DNA from: Vicugna vicugna
Taxonomy: Eukaryota
DNA length: 62,000 nt
NCBI GenBank assembly: GCA_013265495.1
Contig: MU058584.1
Coordinates: 3,724,508 to 3,786,507, forward strand
Direction of reading: 5' to 3'
Shown here: in pieces, positions 50,971-62,000 of the stretch
How positions within the stretch are numbered: the first letter of the stretch is position 1
Layout of the letters: each line of letters opens with the position of its first letter
Made by a program: the position numbers and the translations under genes
Notes under the pieces: generated by a model
Told to the model about the DNA's origin: nothing
The model's input: only the letters and a program-made list of their open reading frames with translations
Database searches by the model: none

Positions 50971-52754
50971 TGGGAGAAAAATATAATTTGAATAGCCTTT
51001 AAATCTGATAGTGTGACAGGGCCTATATTAGGACATGCACCAGGGATGGTGGGAGAACAAAGGGGGAGGGGTCAGTTACCCATCAGGAGTGCTGGAGAGA
51101 GATGTCTTCATGAAAAGGTGACCCCTGAGCTAAGTCTTAAACATGATCTGGGCAGAATTTCTAACAGCAGAAGTGGAGCAGGAGGTAGTGCAGATGCACA
51201 AGCAGCGGGCCAAGGTGAGAGCGGGGCCTGCTGCCAGGAGTATGAGTCAGCAAGGAGGCTGGGAAGGTAGGCTGAGGTCAGCCCAAGGGGAGCCAGGCTA
51301 CCAGGTCTGGGCTTAATGCTGCCGGCAGTGGAGCACCCATAGGGTGTCTGAGCAGAAGAACAAGATCACATGTGTATTTCTGCCAAGTTATTGTGGTCAC
51401 AGGGTGTAGGATGTATTGGTGGAAAGAGAAACAACAGGCAGAGGCCTCTTCCATGGGGTAGCTCGTTACAAGAACCCAAGAAGGGACACGCACCAAGACT
51501 GAGCTATGGGGTAGCAGGAATTTGAAGCAGACAGATGTGAGAGGGACATTACAGGGAGACACAAGAAGTAGGATCCATGTGACCTAACAAAGTTTGCATG
51601 GGGATAGTCTGAGCAAGCAGGAGGACTCAACTTGACTTCAGGCTGAGTTACTCAAGAACGTGGTGTGCATTCAGGCAATATCTAGAGAGGGTGGGGAACT
51701 TGGGAATTCCCTTTTCTTTCTGCAGAGCACTGGGTAGTAAACATCCTTGAGCATCTCTAATGAACAGCTTGGACTACTAGTGTAAAGAAGCAGGAATCTC
51801 AGAGGCCAGAGCCACTCATGGGGAATGTGCACCCTGGGGAAGTCATTTTACTGCTCTGAGCCTCAGCTTCCCATTCTGCAAAATGGGGAGGATCATAGAA
51901 TCTATGTCATAAGGGTTGTTATGAAGAAGAGAGATAACCCTTATGCTGTGTTTAGCACAAAGTCTGACACAGTAGCTTTCAATGAATGTTAGCAATTATC
52001 ACTATTATTATCAGCACAGGTTGGAGGATGCATTCTAACTATACTGTCAGGGGCTTAACTTAAACTAGCATCAGGAGATAAATAGCATGAGAAAAAACAT
52101 TTTCACAACATTAAAATGCTGTGTCTCCTTGGGTGGTTTCATAACACTCACTCTGCTGAAAATCACACCTCATACTTAATATTAAAAAAAAAACAGTAGA
52201 AGCCATCCAAATTTCCAGTGGCTTCTCACCTATTTAGATTGAAATCCAAAATCCTTACTGTGGCCTTGTAAGCCCTACGTGATTTGGCCCAAGCTCCCTC
52301 TCCAGTATCCTCTCTGCTCTCCCCTTTGCTCAATTCACAGTAACAGACTTTCTTTGCTGTTCCTCAAATATCCCTGACAGATACCAACATTGGAATCTTT
52401 GCACTTGCTGTTCCCTTCGCCTGGGATGCTCTTTGCCCGACACCTTCATGGTTTGCTTCCTCACTTCCTTAAATTGTTTGCTTAAATTTCCTTTCCTCAA
52501 ATAGGGCCATTTTTGACCACCCTAAAACTACGTCTTCCATCAGTCCCCATTCCCTTATCCTGCATTATTTTTCTTCATTGGACTTACTGTCCAATGAAAT
52601 GTTCAGACATCTTATTATATACATAGTTGTTTATTTCTTTATTGCCTGCCTTCCTCATTATAAGCTTTGCTCTGTTCTTATTATTGTGCCTAAAATAGAG
52701 CCCAGCATTGAACAGACCCATTATTATTATTATTATCATCATCACCATCATCCC

Positions 52755-52826
52755 TTTTTTTAATGGAGGTACTGGGGATTGAACCCATGCTTTGCATGCA
52801 CTCTACCATTGAGCTATCCTCCCCCC
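52755..52826 (-). mobile_element. Second, internally deleted copy of the same tRNA-derived SINE
   Basis: Shares GGAGGTACTGGGGATTGAAC...GCATGCACTCTACCA.TGAG with the 18.1-kb copy. Confidence 0.85.
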
Positions 52827-53319
52827 AGTAGCCTCTTAATATATACTGAATGAATGAAGCACTTCCTCTTAGAAACTCTTCTCTTAGTTTCCCTGGTTTT
52901 CTCCCTGCTTCTCTGGACATTCCTTCTTGCTTACCTTTACTCGGTTTTCTTTTTCTAACTGACTTCTAAATTCTGGTGTTCTTCAGGACTTCATCTTGGA
53001 TCCTTTTTTTTCCTCTTCACTCTCACCCTAAGCAATCTCATACAATTCCATAAATTTAAATACCAGCTCTATGTGGCTTACTTCCAAGTTCTAGCTCTAG
53101 CCCAGAACTCCAGACTTAGATAGCCAATTGCCTGCTTGACATCTCCCCTTGAATGTATAATAGGCATTTCAAAATGAATATGTCCATGACTGAATTCTTG
53201 ACCCCTCCCCTGCCCTCTGCCATGCACACCCCAATCAAAACTTGCCACTGTCTAGAATTTCTGAATAGGAAGATTAATGTGGTTGGAAAGTTGGAAACAT
53301 TGTTCTGTTTATGTAGGAT

Positions 53320-53970
53320 TTACCATATGATCCAGCAATCCCACTCTTGGGCATATATCCAGAGAAAAATATAATTTGAAAAGACACATGTACCCCAATG
53401 TTCACAGCAGCACTATTTATAATAGTCAAGACATGGAAACAATCCAAATGTCCATCGACAGATGATTGGCTAAAGAAAATGTGATATATACATACAATGG
53501 AATACTACTCAGCCATGAAAAAGAATAAAATAATACCATTTGCAGCAACATGGTTGGAACTGGAGATTGTCATTCCAACTGAAGTAAGCCAAAAAGAGAA
53601 AGAAAAATACCATATGATATTGCTTATATGTGGAATCTAAAAAAAGACACAAATAAACATATTCACAAAATAGAAACAGACTCACAGACATAGAGAACAA
53701 ACTTATGGTTACTGGGGGTAATGGGAGTAGGAAGGGATAAATTGGGAGTTTGAAATTTGCAGATACTAACTAGTATATATAAAACAGATAAACAAGTTTA
53801 TACTGTATAGCACAGGGAACTATATTCAACATCTTGTGGTAACCTATAATGAAAAAGAATATGAAAATGAATATATGTATGTATTTGTATGACTGAAACA
53901 TTATGCTGTGCACAACAAATCAACACAAAATTGTAAACTGACGATACTTCAATAAAAAAGAATGCAAAAA
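53320..53970 (+). mobile_element. L1 fragment: ORF2 C-terminal remnant plus 3' UTR
   Basis: CCATATGATCCAGCAATCCCACTC...ACAATGGAATACTACTCAGCCAT...TTTGCAGCAACATGG are classic L1 3' motifs. Confidence 0.9.
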
Positions 53971-54399
53971 AATTGGTGAAAAAAGTGATCTTAAATTGTA
54001 AACCATATAATGACACTTTTCAAAAACCCTTACATGATCACCCACATCCTTAGAGTAATACTTGATCCCAGACACTGCCATGCCCAGATCCCTGCAGATC
54101 ACTCCATCCTCAGCATGCACCATTCTCCACCTGACTGCATACACTTCAGCAACACCAACCAGTCTTCCCTCTGTTCTGAGGATTCACCAAGCTCTTTATT
54201 GCGTTGAGGCCTCATCATGTGCTGTTCCTTTGTCTGGAATGCTCTTCTTTCAACTCTTCACATGACTAGCTCCATACCTTTGCATGCTTTCTCATTTTAA
54301 ACGGTACCTCCTCAGAGAAGTTTGCCTCTGATCACCTACATAAACATTGAGCAGTTAAATGCAAATATTATTTTAAGTTTTTAACACAAGATAAAGTAA

Positions 54400-57300
54400 T
54401 CTCGGCCAAGATGGAGTAATAGGAGATGAATTTATCCAACAGCCTGAATTAACTAAAAAACTGGCCAAAATATATGAATCAATGTTTTCAGACAGTGGAC
54501 ATCAGGGAGCAGAGGTGAGTAATCCCTGAAAGAACAGAAACAAATAGGGTGAAGAACCAGAAAAGAGAGAGCAGCCCAAAGGAAGAGCTCTGAAAATCTG
54601 CTGAGGATCTCCCTTAGAGCTCCTGCTGAATACTGCTCAGTGCATGTGTGGGAGGAAACTACACAGTGCCAGGGAAAGAACAACCTGAAAGGATTAGAAG
54701 GAACAATCCTTGAAATTCACACAAGGCTAGAAATAGTCTGTGTTTCCATTAGCCAAAGTGGAAAAACCTCCAAATTCCTGGGTTGTCAGGCAGAGTACTC
54801 AGAAGGATGTTATACGAGTGGAGAAAATCAGTCCTAAAGGTTGCTCTGATTCTAAATAACAAAACATAAAAGCAAACCTCAAAAGGAGAAAAAACTAGAC
54901 TCAGATTGTTTCCAAATAACATAACAGAAAACACAAAACTATTTATAAGAATACAAAAATATGCAGCATTCAACAGGGTAAAATTTACAACTCGCATCCA
55001 ATCAAGTGTTACCAGGCTTACAAAGAAGCTGGACAAAATACAACCTGTAACAAGGAGAAAAATCAGCCAGTAGAAACAGACCCAGAAATGACACAGGTGA
55101 TGGAATGAGCAGACAACGACATTGAGTAGTTATTTAACTATATTCCATATTATAACTACATTCTATGTCAAAGAAGGTAAACGACAAGCAGATCATGTTA
55201 AGTAGAAATATGGATGATATAAAAAAGATTTAAATCAAATTCTAGAGATGAAAACTAAATGATCTGACACACACACACACACACACACACACACCCCCCA
55301 CTGGATGGGATTAGTAGCAAATTATACATTTCAGAAGAAAAGATTAGTAAACATGAAGAAATGGCAATAGAAACTGCAAAATGAAACACAGAGGACAAAG
55401 ACTGAAGGAAAAAATGAACAGAGCATCAGTGAACTGTGAGACAACTTCAAGCAGCTTAAGGGGGTGGTGAAGAACCTTTTGGGGATGGTTTATGTTCATT
55501 ATCTTGATAGCAGTGATGGTTTCACAGCTGTACACATATGTTAAAGCTCATCAGGTTGTATGCTTTAGAAATCTGTGTTTAATTTACTGTCTGTCCTTAC
55601 TATCTCAACATTGGTACAGAAAAGCAATCTGGAACTAAAATCCCAGATGGTATCAGCATGGGAGATGGAAGAGGGGTAGTGGAGGGGTAGGTTGGGATAC
55701 TAAGTGAGAAGAAACAATACTTTTCTAAGCTTCTTGTCTATTTGGGAAGAGTGGCTATAGATACCTATTAACTGTATGAGTTGTTATAAAAATATGTTTT
55801 AAAACAAGTATGTTAAAAATATGAGTAGCCACTGAATGAAGCAAAGTAGAATGCATAACTTGAAACCAGTGGAAGAAAAAGTAGAGAAAAAATGCTGATC
55901 AATCCAACTAAAGCAGAAAATTGAAAAGTATCTTATTTTCCTAGAAAGATAGTAAATAGAAATTTAAAATACTTGAATGAAGCTGTTTATTCAAGAAATG
56001 AGAAAAAGAACCACAAAATAGCCTGAAATAAGTAGAGAGTCCATAAACTTCAAGCAGAAATGGAAAAGAAAAGGAAAACTGTAAATTTCATCAATAAAAC
56101 CCAAACTGTGTAATAAACTTTAATGAAAAGGAATATGAAATTGAATATATATATATATATACACACACATACACATGACTGGGACATTATGCTGCCCACC
56201 AGAAATTGACATATTGTAACTGACTATACTTCAATTAAAACTTGTTTTTTTAAAGCTCAATAAAATAACCTTTTTAAGAGGGATGTATAAAGAGGGAGTA
56301 TTACATATTAAGTAGGGGAAAAGATTAAGTATTAAGAAGGAAAGTATTAAGAGTGAAAAAGATGGAAGAATAAATAACATTAGGAATGAAAAGGGAGGGT
56401 ATTAGAATATATATTTAAAATTATAATTTATAAGCAAATATTATAATTATTTCATCAATAACTATAAGCAAATATCATAATTTTAGGCCAATAAATTTTT
56501 GTTTTTAAAATCAACTTTATTGAATTATAGTTACCCACCATAAAATACACACCTTTTAAGTGTATTAATAGAGGAGTTTTGACAACCATACGCCACCTCT
56601 AACCACCACCACCACACTCAAAATATAAAATATTTCTACCAACCAGAAGGTTCTCTTGTCAGTTCTCAGTCAGTCCTCTCCCCACTACCTCTTGCCCCCA
56701 GGTAACTGCTCATCTGATTTCTGTAATGATAGTTTTGTCTTTTCTTGAGTTTTGTATAAATTGAATCATATAGTACCCACCCTTTTATGTATGCCTTTTT
56801 TTAATTCAACAAAATTATCTTGAAATTCATCCATGTTGAATATCAACAGTTCAATGCATTTCATTCCTGAGTAGTAGTCTACTATGGATATACCATAATT
56901 TTTTAAATCAATTTATCTCAATGAATATTTGGGTTGTCCAGTTTAGGGCTCTTATAAATAGAGCTATGAAAATTCATATGCAAGTCTACGTGTGGATATA
57001 TATTTTCATTTCTCCTAAATGAGTGGAAGTTCTGGGTCCTTTGGTAAACATATATTTAACTTTATAAGAAACTGCCATGCAACTGTCTTACCAGTAATGT
57101 ATGAAAGTTCTAGTTGTGTCACATCCTTGCTAACATTTTATACCAATATATTTGAAAACTTAAATGAAACCATTTTCTAAAAAGGTATGAATTACCAAAA
57201 TTGGCTAAAGGAAAGCTAAGAAACCTAAAAAGACTAATAACCATACAAAATATTGAGATGGTAATCAAAGATCAACCTGACCACCAAAGATAAACTGGGA

Positions 57301-58025
57301 TGAAAGAGTTTTTTTACTAGTAAGTTTCTACCAAACCGTCAAAGAATAGATAATTTCATCAGTTGTTCAAAGCAAACAGAGAAAAAGATGGCAGTCCATT
57401 TTATGAGGCTATCACAATGCCAATACCAACATTTTGTAAGGATAACCCGCCCCAAAATTTGTAATTCAGTATCACTTCAATCAAGGAAGCAGAAACCCCG
57501 TATTAAGTATGCTTTAAAAAATAAGCAATGCCTCATGATCAAAATGAGGTTATAATAGTAAAAATGGTAGGATGCGTCAACATTAGAAAAATCTAGCAAT
57601 ATCACTTCATATATTAATCAATTAAAGGATAAAATTATATGGTCATTTGAAAAGATGCACCTAGAGCATATAATTAAATTTCAGCTCCTGTTCTTAATTT
57701 TAAAATGTATACAAACAACATGTATACACATACTTACTAAACTGAACACAGATGGGAATTTCTCTCGGAAGCACATATAATTGGAAAATCCAAGAGAATC
57801 AACTGGCACAATTTGAACCAATTTGAGAGTTCAGCAGAGTGACTAAATACACAAGATTAACCCTAAATCAGTGCCTTCCCTGCACATCGGCAGTAACTAA
57901 TAAGAAAATATGATGGGAAAAAGGTTTTCACAATAGCTCCAAATATATTCTATGAATAAAACTAAGAAAAAAAGAACCAGACCTTTATGAGGAAATCTAT
58001 AAAACTTTATTCAAGGACATTATTT
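54400..58025. mobile_element. Block of degraded, nested ancient L1 fragments (5' end/ORF1-like about 54400-55470, young L1 3' end about 56105-56240, minus-strand L1M 3' end about 56500-57150, ORF2-like about 57150-58025)
   Basis: A-rich strand-biased sequence with L1-like motifs; no intact ORF. Confidence 0.65.
55267..55294. repeat. (AC)n microsatellite
   Basis: Direct reading. Confidence 0.95.
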
Positions 58026-58394
58026 TAAATCTCAGCCGCTTACTGTATGTGTTTCCTTCCTTACACTTATTAAAATTGCATTTTAAAAAAAGTATCTTTT
58101 GAAACGATAATAAATGTTATTTAAGAATGGGGGAAAACCAAATCAAGTCATATTGGTTGATTCACCTGTTTTTGTCATTTTACCCTCCCCATTAGACTGT
58201 AAACTTCTTGAGGAAAAAGATCTTGTTTGTCGTGTTTCTTACTCTGTCCTCCCACCCAATACCCTTCACAACGGTCAGCATAGAGTTGGCCCCTTACAGT
58301 TACAAAACATGGGAGAACCGTAAGCACTTGCTAGTCCTCTTCCTCTCTACCTACTTTGATGCATATTACGCAACAATGTACAAAAATTGCTCCA

Positions 58395-59015
58395 AGCCTT
58401 CCACGTGACAACACCCGCCAAAGACTCATCCCAGCCAATCAGAATGCTTCACACCTGTGACCTCGCTCCCCCTCCACCCCACCCCCACAGCCGCACGCGG
58501 GGGCATCTTCCGGTCTCAGGCTGTTTTTCTCCCTGCGAGGCCAGTGCGGCTGCGCACTGCGCCGTGATTGGCTGAGAACTGCGGGCCTGCGCGCGCACGC
58601 CGCCGCCTCGGTTACTAAGGGCGGGAGCCCGGCGAGGGCGCGGCGGCTGGTTCTGTCTCAGGGCCGCGTCGAGGCCTCTCCGCGCTCGCTATGCCGAACC
58701 GCAGGGCCACCCGCAATGCCTACTATTTCTTCGTGCAGGAGAGGATCCCCGAACTACGGCGGAGAGGCCTGCCCGTGGCTCGCGTCGCTGATGCCATCCC
58801 TTATTGCTCCGCTGACTGGGCGGTAAGGCTGGGGGCGGGTGAACCTAGGCCGGGCAGTTGGGCATGTAGGAGGCCGAGGCGGGAGGGCGAGAGTCCTCGA
58901 GGAGGCCAGTGACCCCTGGGCCCCTGCTGGAGGGAGAGGGAGCCCTCCGTTCCCGGCCCAGGGCAAACCGACTCCAGAACCACCTCGGTGTAAGGATCAG
59001 GCATCTACCCGCGGG
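58395..59015 (+). promoter_or_regulatory. MAEL CpG-island promoter: E-box CACGTG 58402-58407, CCAAT 58435-58439, T-box TCACACCT 58449-58456, ETS CTTCCGG 58507-58513, ATTGG 58567-58571, NRF1-like 58588-58597, E2F6-like GGCGGGA 58620-58626
   Basis: CpG-rich, no obvious TATA box; motifs read directly upstream of the MAEL ATG. Confidence 0.82.
58691..58822 (+). CDS. MAEL: MAEL coding exon 1 (HMG-box, MPNRRATRNAYYFFVQERIPELRRRGLPVARVADAIPYCSADWA), 132 nt
   Basis: Recognisable maelstrom N-terminus within a CpG island; donor GCG|GTAAGG. Confidence 0.96.
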
Positions 59016-59076
59016 CCCAGGGCACTAGGTCCTCACTGCTGCTTCTCTTCTTGTCTCCCCCTAATATCTCACCAAG

Positions 59077-59169
59077 CTTCTGAGGGAGGAGGAAAAGGAG
59101 AAATACGCAGAAATGGCTCGAGAGTGGAGGGTTGCCCAGGGGAAGGACTCTTGGCCTTCAGAGAAGCAG
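59077..59169 (+). CDS. MAEL: MAEL coding exon 2 (LLREEEKEKYAEMAREWRVAQGKDSWPSEKQ), 93 nt
   Basis: HMG-box helix 3 pattern (EKEKY..MA); acceptor caag after pyrimidine tract, donor CAG|GTAAAG. Confidence 0.94.
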
Positions 59170-60432
59170 GTAAAGTAGCCAGAGAAGAGCAGCCACCTGC
59201 TTGGCACAGAGGCATGTTCAGTAAATGCTGGATGAGTGAATGGGTGAATGTCAAGGGTAGACGACTGGGTGATTTGGGTGAGTGCAAAGAAGAGTTTTCC
59301 TTTTCTTCCCCCCTTGCTGTCAGAATGCCTGCTAAAAAACCACCAGGCTCCAGAGCTAGGGTACGGATTGGTACCGTTTGGTGGTGAAGGCCAGGGAAAA
59401 ATCCCATTAGGAAACCTGCAGCCAATAAACCGTGATCAGCAGTGGGAGTGTTGGTATTTAGGGTTTGTACTGGACGACCTCTGAGGGTCTTCTTCAACTC
59501 TTTTATGATTTAAGAACCCTTTTTCAGATGTTTAAAAGTAATTTGTCCCATTCTCTTTTTAAATGACACCTGGAATCAGGCCAGTTACTGTGTTTAAAAC
59601 ATTGAAATAAGATTTGTGGATGTTGGTGAATGTGTGCCTTATAGGTAAGAGTTGAATTAAGTGGGAAACTTTTCGTATAGCAGAATGTTAACACTATTAA
59701 GTCAAATGTGTTGTTGCTAGGTATCAAGAAAAAGCAGGTAATTGTGAAGGACCCCCCACTCCCGGCCCCATGTTCTTTCCATTCTTACGTAGTACAATTC
59801 TATTCTTAAATTTTAAACTGGTAACATTGGATTGAAATTCAGGAGTGCTTTATTTTACGTGTGAGAGATTTTTTTTGTGTGGATTTATGTTTGAGTGAAA
59901 GCTCTAATAGTTGAATTTGTACTTACACTTGTGAGCTTAATTTTGTTCTTCTCACTACAGTTTCTTTTAAGGAATTTACAATTTCCCCTTAAATGAAAGC
60001 CATGTTGTATGTACGCCTCATTGAGACTTGGAATCAGCACAATCTGGTTTTTACTTTAAGTGAAAAGCAAACAATATTAGAGTGCGTTGGCAAATGATGT
60101 TCTTTTGGCCGCTGGACAGGCACATATTGTGTGACTCCATAGGATTAGTTTTCGGTTATCAGCAGTGGGCAAATGACTTTCAGCAATCATTGGACTGGTT
60201 ATTTACCACTAAGCCTTTTGATTCAAAATATTTATAGATTTTACTATTGTCTGCCTTTGGGTATTGGTGTCATTGGCAATTATGTATTTATATACTTCTT
60301 AGGTTGTTTTGGCCTGAAGAGGTTACCAAAGTAATCTATGGGCTGTTTTGCAGTTATTTTTGCTGAATTTAATGCTTATAAAGTGCCCAACAAGAGTTTA
60401 AGTATGTGGTCAATCATTACCTTTCTCTTTAG

Positions 60433-60532
60433 AAACCTGTTTCCACCCCACTGAGGAAACCAGGCATGCTTGTACCAAAGCCGAATGTTTCACCGCCAGA
60501 TATGTCAAGCTTGTCTCTAGAAAGTGATCAAG
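60433..60532 (+). CDS. MAEL: MAEL coding exon 3 (linker, KPVSTPLRKPGMLVPKPNVSPPDMSSLSLESDQ), 100 nt
   Basis: Acceptor ctttag, donor AAG|GTAAAG; open and in frame with flanking exons. Confidence 0.92.
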
Positions 60533-61432
60533 GTAAAGTGTAAAATATTCTGCTTAGATAAACTTGGGTACCTAAAGTACTATGGTAAATTGATCAGTAA
60601 ACATGCATTCTATTCATTTTGATCCTGCATTTCAAAGTAATTGACTGCAGGTGGTCGAACATGATGGCAATAAAGTTGTAAAAGATAAGGTAACATACAT
60701 TTGTTGAAGTATCACTGGAGAATTTCTTTACAAAAATCTGATCTCTTGGTTTCTATCATTTCATGTGTTATTAAACATACTTTTTGGATTTAAGTGTTTA
60801 TTGCTAGGCACTGAACATACATTTGTTATAAAGGTAGAGATAAATTGAGCTAGCCTAGAAAAAAACGTAGCTAATAAGAGTCCTTGCTATTCCTTCTGGC
60901 TGTTTTTCATTAATCGTGTTCTGGCTTGGCTGAAGATGAATAAATTCTTAAATGTGGCCAATCCTAGTAAAGAAGATCCTTCTTACATTCTCCTATTTCT
61001 TTCTTCCTTTAGAGAATATGTTAGTGATCTTGTTTATATTGGTAAAAAGGAGAGTGAACTAAATTGTCCATAGTTAATATCATAGAGTTTTTCTACACTG
61101 ATTCTACTTGATTTTACTTTCCAAATCCTTGTATTTCCTGAATATGGGTCACAGCTTTTCTTCAGTCAGTATTGAGATTCAGGGCTTATGTAGAGCTGGC
61201 TGTATGTTTGAATAATGTTGTCACTTCATGCAAAGAGTGGTTACTACTTTAATCCTTGATAAGTGTAATTATAAAAATCTGTCCATTTATCTGGTACAGC
61301 TGATTTGTTTCTCTTTTCCAGCTTATTTAGGAATATAGGAACACAGGAAAAAAGGTTCTAAAAATTTTTGCTTTTGTCAGAGGGGTAAATTTGCGATGCT
61401 CGTCTGTTCATGTTGTCTATTTTTTTTTTAAG

Positions 61433-61588
61433 CTCTCCTTGGAGGCATTTTTTATTTTTTGAACATTTTTAGCCATGGTGAGCTACCTCCTCATTGTGAA
61501 CAGCGCTTCCTCCCTTGTGAAATCGGCTGTGTTAAATATTCTCTCCAAGAAGGCATTATGGCAGATTTCCACAGTTTTATAAATCCTG
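61433..61588 (+). CDS. MAEL: MAEL coding exon 4 (start of MAEL RNase H-fold domain, ALLGGIFYFLNIFSHGELPPHCEQRFLPCEIGCVKYSLQEGIMADFHSFINP), 156 nt; gene continues beyond right edge
   Basis: Conserved PCEIG...YSL..GI...FHSFINPG MAEL-domain motif; acceptor tttaag, donor CTG|GTAAGT. Confidence 0.96.
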
Positions 61589-62000
61589 GTAAGTAGCCAG
61601 TTAGAGTAGATGCTAGAGCTTTAAAAGTTGTTTTTTTATCTTAACCTTATTTGATGATAGTATTTTTCTTAAAAGCTGTTGTGCGGCTGAGTTCTTAAAA
61701 TGTAACAAGACTTCATAATAATTGGATGAAAAATTATTAAATGTTGACACAGTTTTTGGTTTAGGCTTTTAACCTCAAGTAAACATTAGAGTTGGGTGGA
61801 CAGAATGCCTGAAGAATGTGTAGCTTGCTACTTGCTTATCAGCAGCCTTATATCTTGGAATTTTCTAAAAGCTTTTTATACCTCTGTTCTTTCTTTACCT
61901 CGACAGTCACTAGTTTTTAACTTGCTATTATTGCTTCATAACCTTGAGCAAAGTATTTATCCTGAAAACCTATTAATTCCTCTGTAAAATGGAGATAATG

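Noticed and set aside
53509..55036. Hydrophobic minus-strand ORFs resembling membrane peptides
   Set aside because: Antisense translations of A-rich L1 remnants
58839..59497. 182-aa and 142-aa ORFs over MAEL intron 1/exon 2
   Set aside because: Off-frame or antisense readings of a GC-rich region already explained by spliced MAEL exons

Overview
Mammalian genomic DNA, most likely a camelid (inferred from two tRNA-derived SINEs resembling the camelid vic-1 family). The window holds the 5' parts of two divergently oriented genes. ILDR2 (angulin-3, Lisch-like) is on the minus strand, with coding exons 1-6 at 45282-45237, 29697-29365, 28474-28355, 9845-9789, 6968-6822 and 5730-5554; the rest lies beyond the left edge. 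MAEL (maelstrom, piRNA pathway) is on the plus strand, with coding exons 1-4 at 58691-58822, 59077-59169, 60433-60532 and 61433-61588; the rest lies beyond the right edge. All junctions are GT-AG and splice in frame. There are three CpG-rich islands: the ILDR2 promoter (with a 112-nt N gap), the MAEL promoter and an orphan island in ILDR2 intron 3. Many LINE, SINE, LTR and DNA-transposon remnants are present; their family names are from pattern recall and edges are approximate unless target-site duplications (TSDs) are given. I see no convincing wholly new biological system. The best leads are a candidate in-frame alternative first exon of ILDR2 lacking the signal peptide, an overlapping out-of-frame upstream ORF on ILDR2, an intronic CpG island with a cluster of RFX X-boxes, a QKI element and a 107-bp tandem duplication beside the 57-nt exon 4, a PRC1.6-type motif set in the MAEL promoter, and an L1 with an apparent short 3' transduction.
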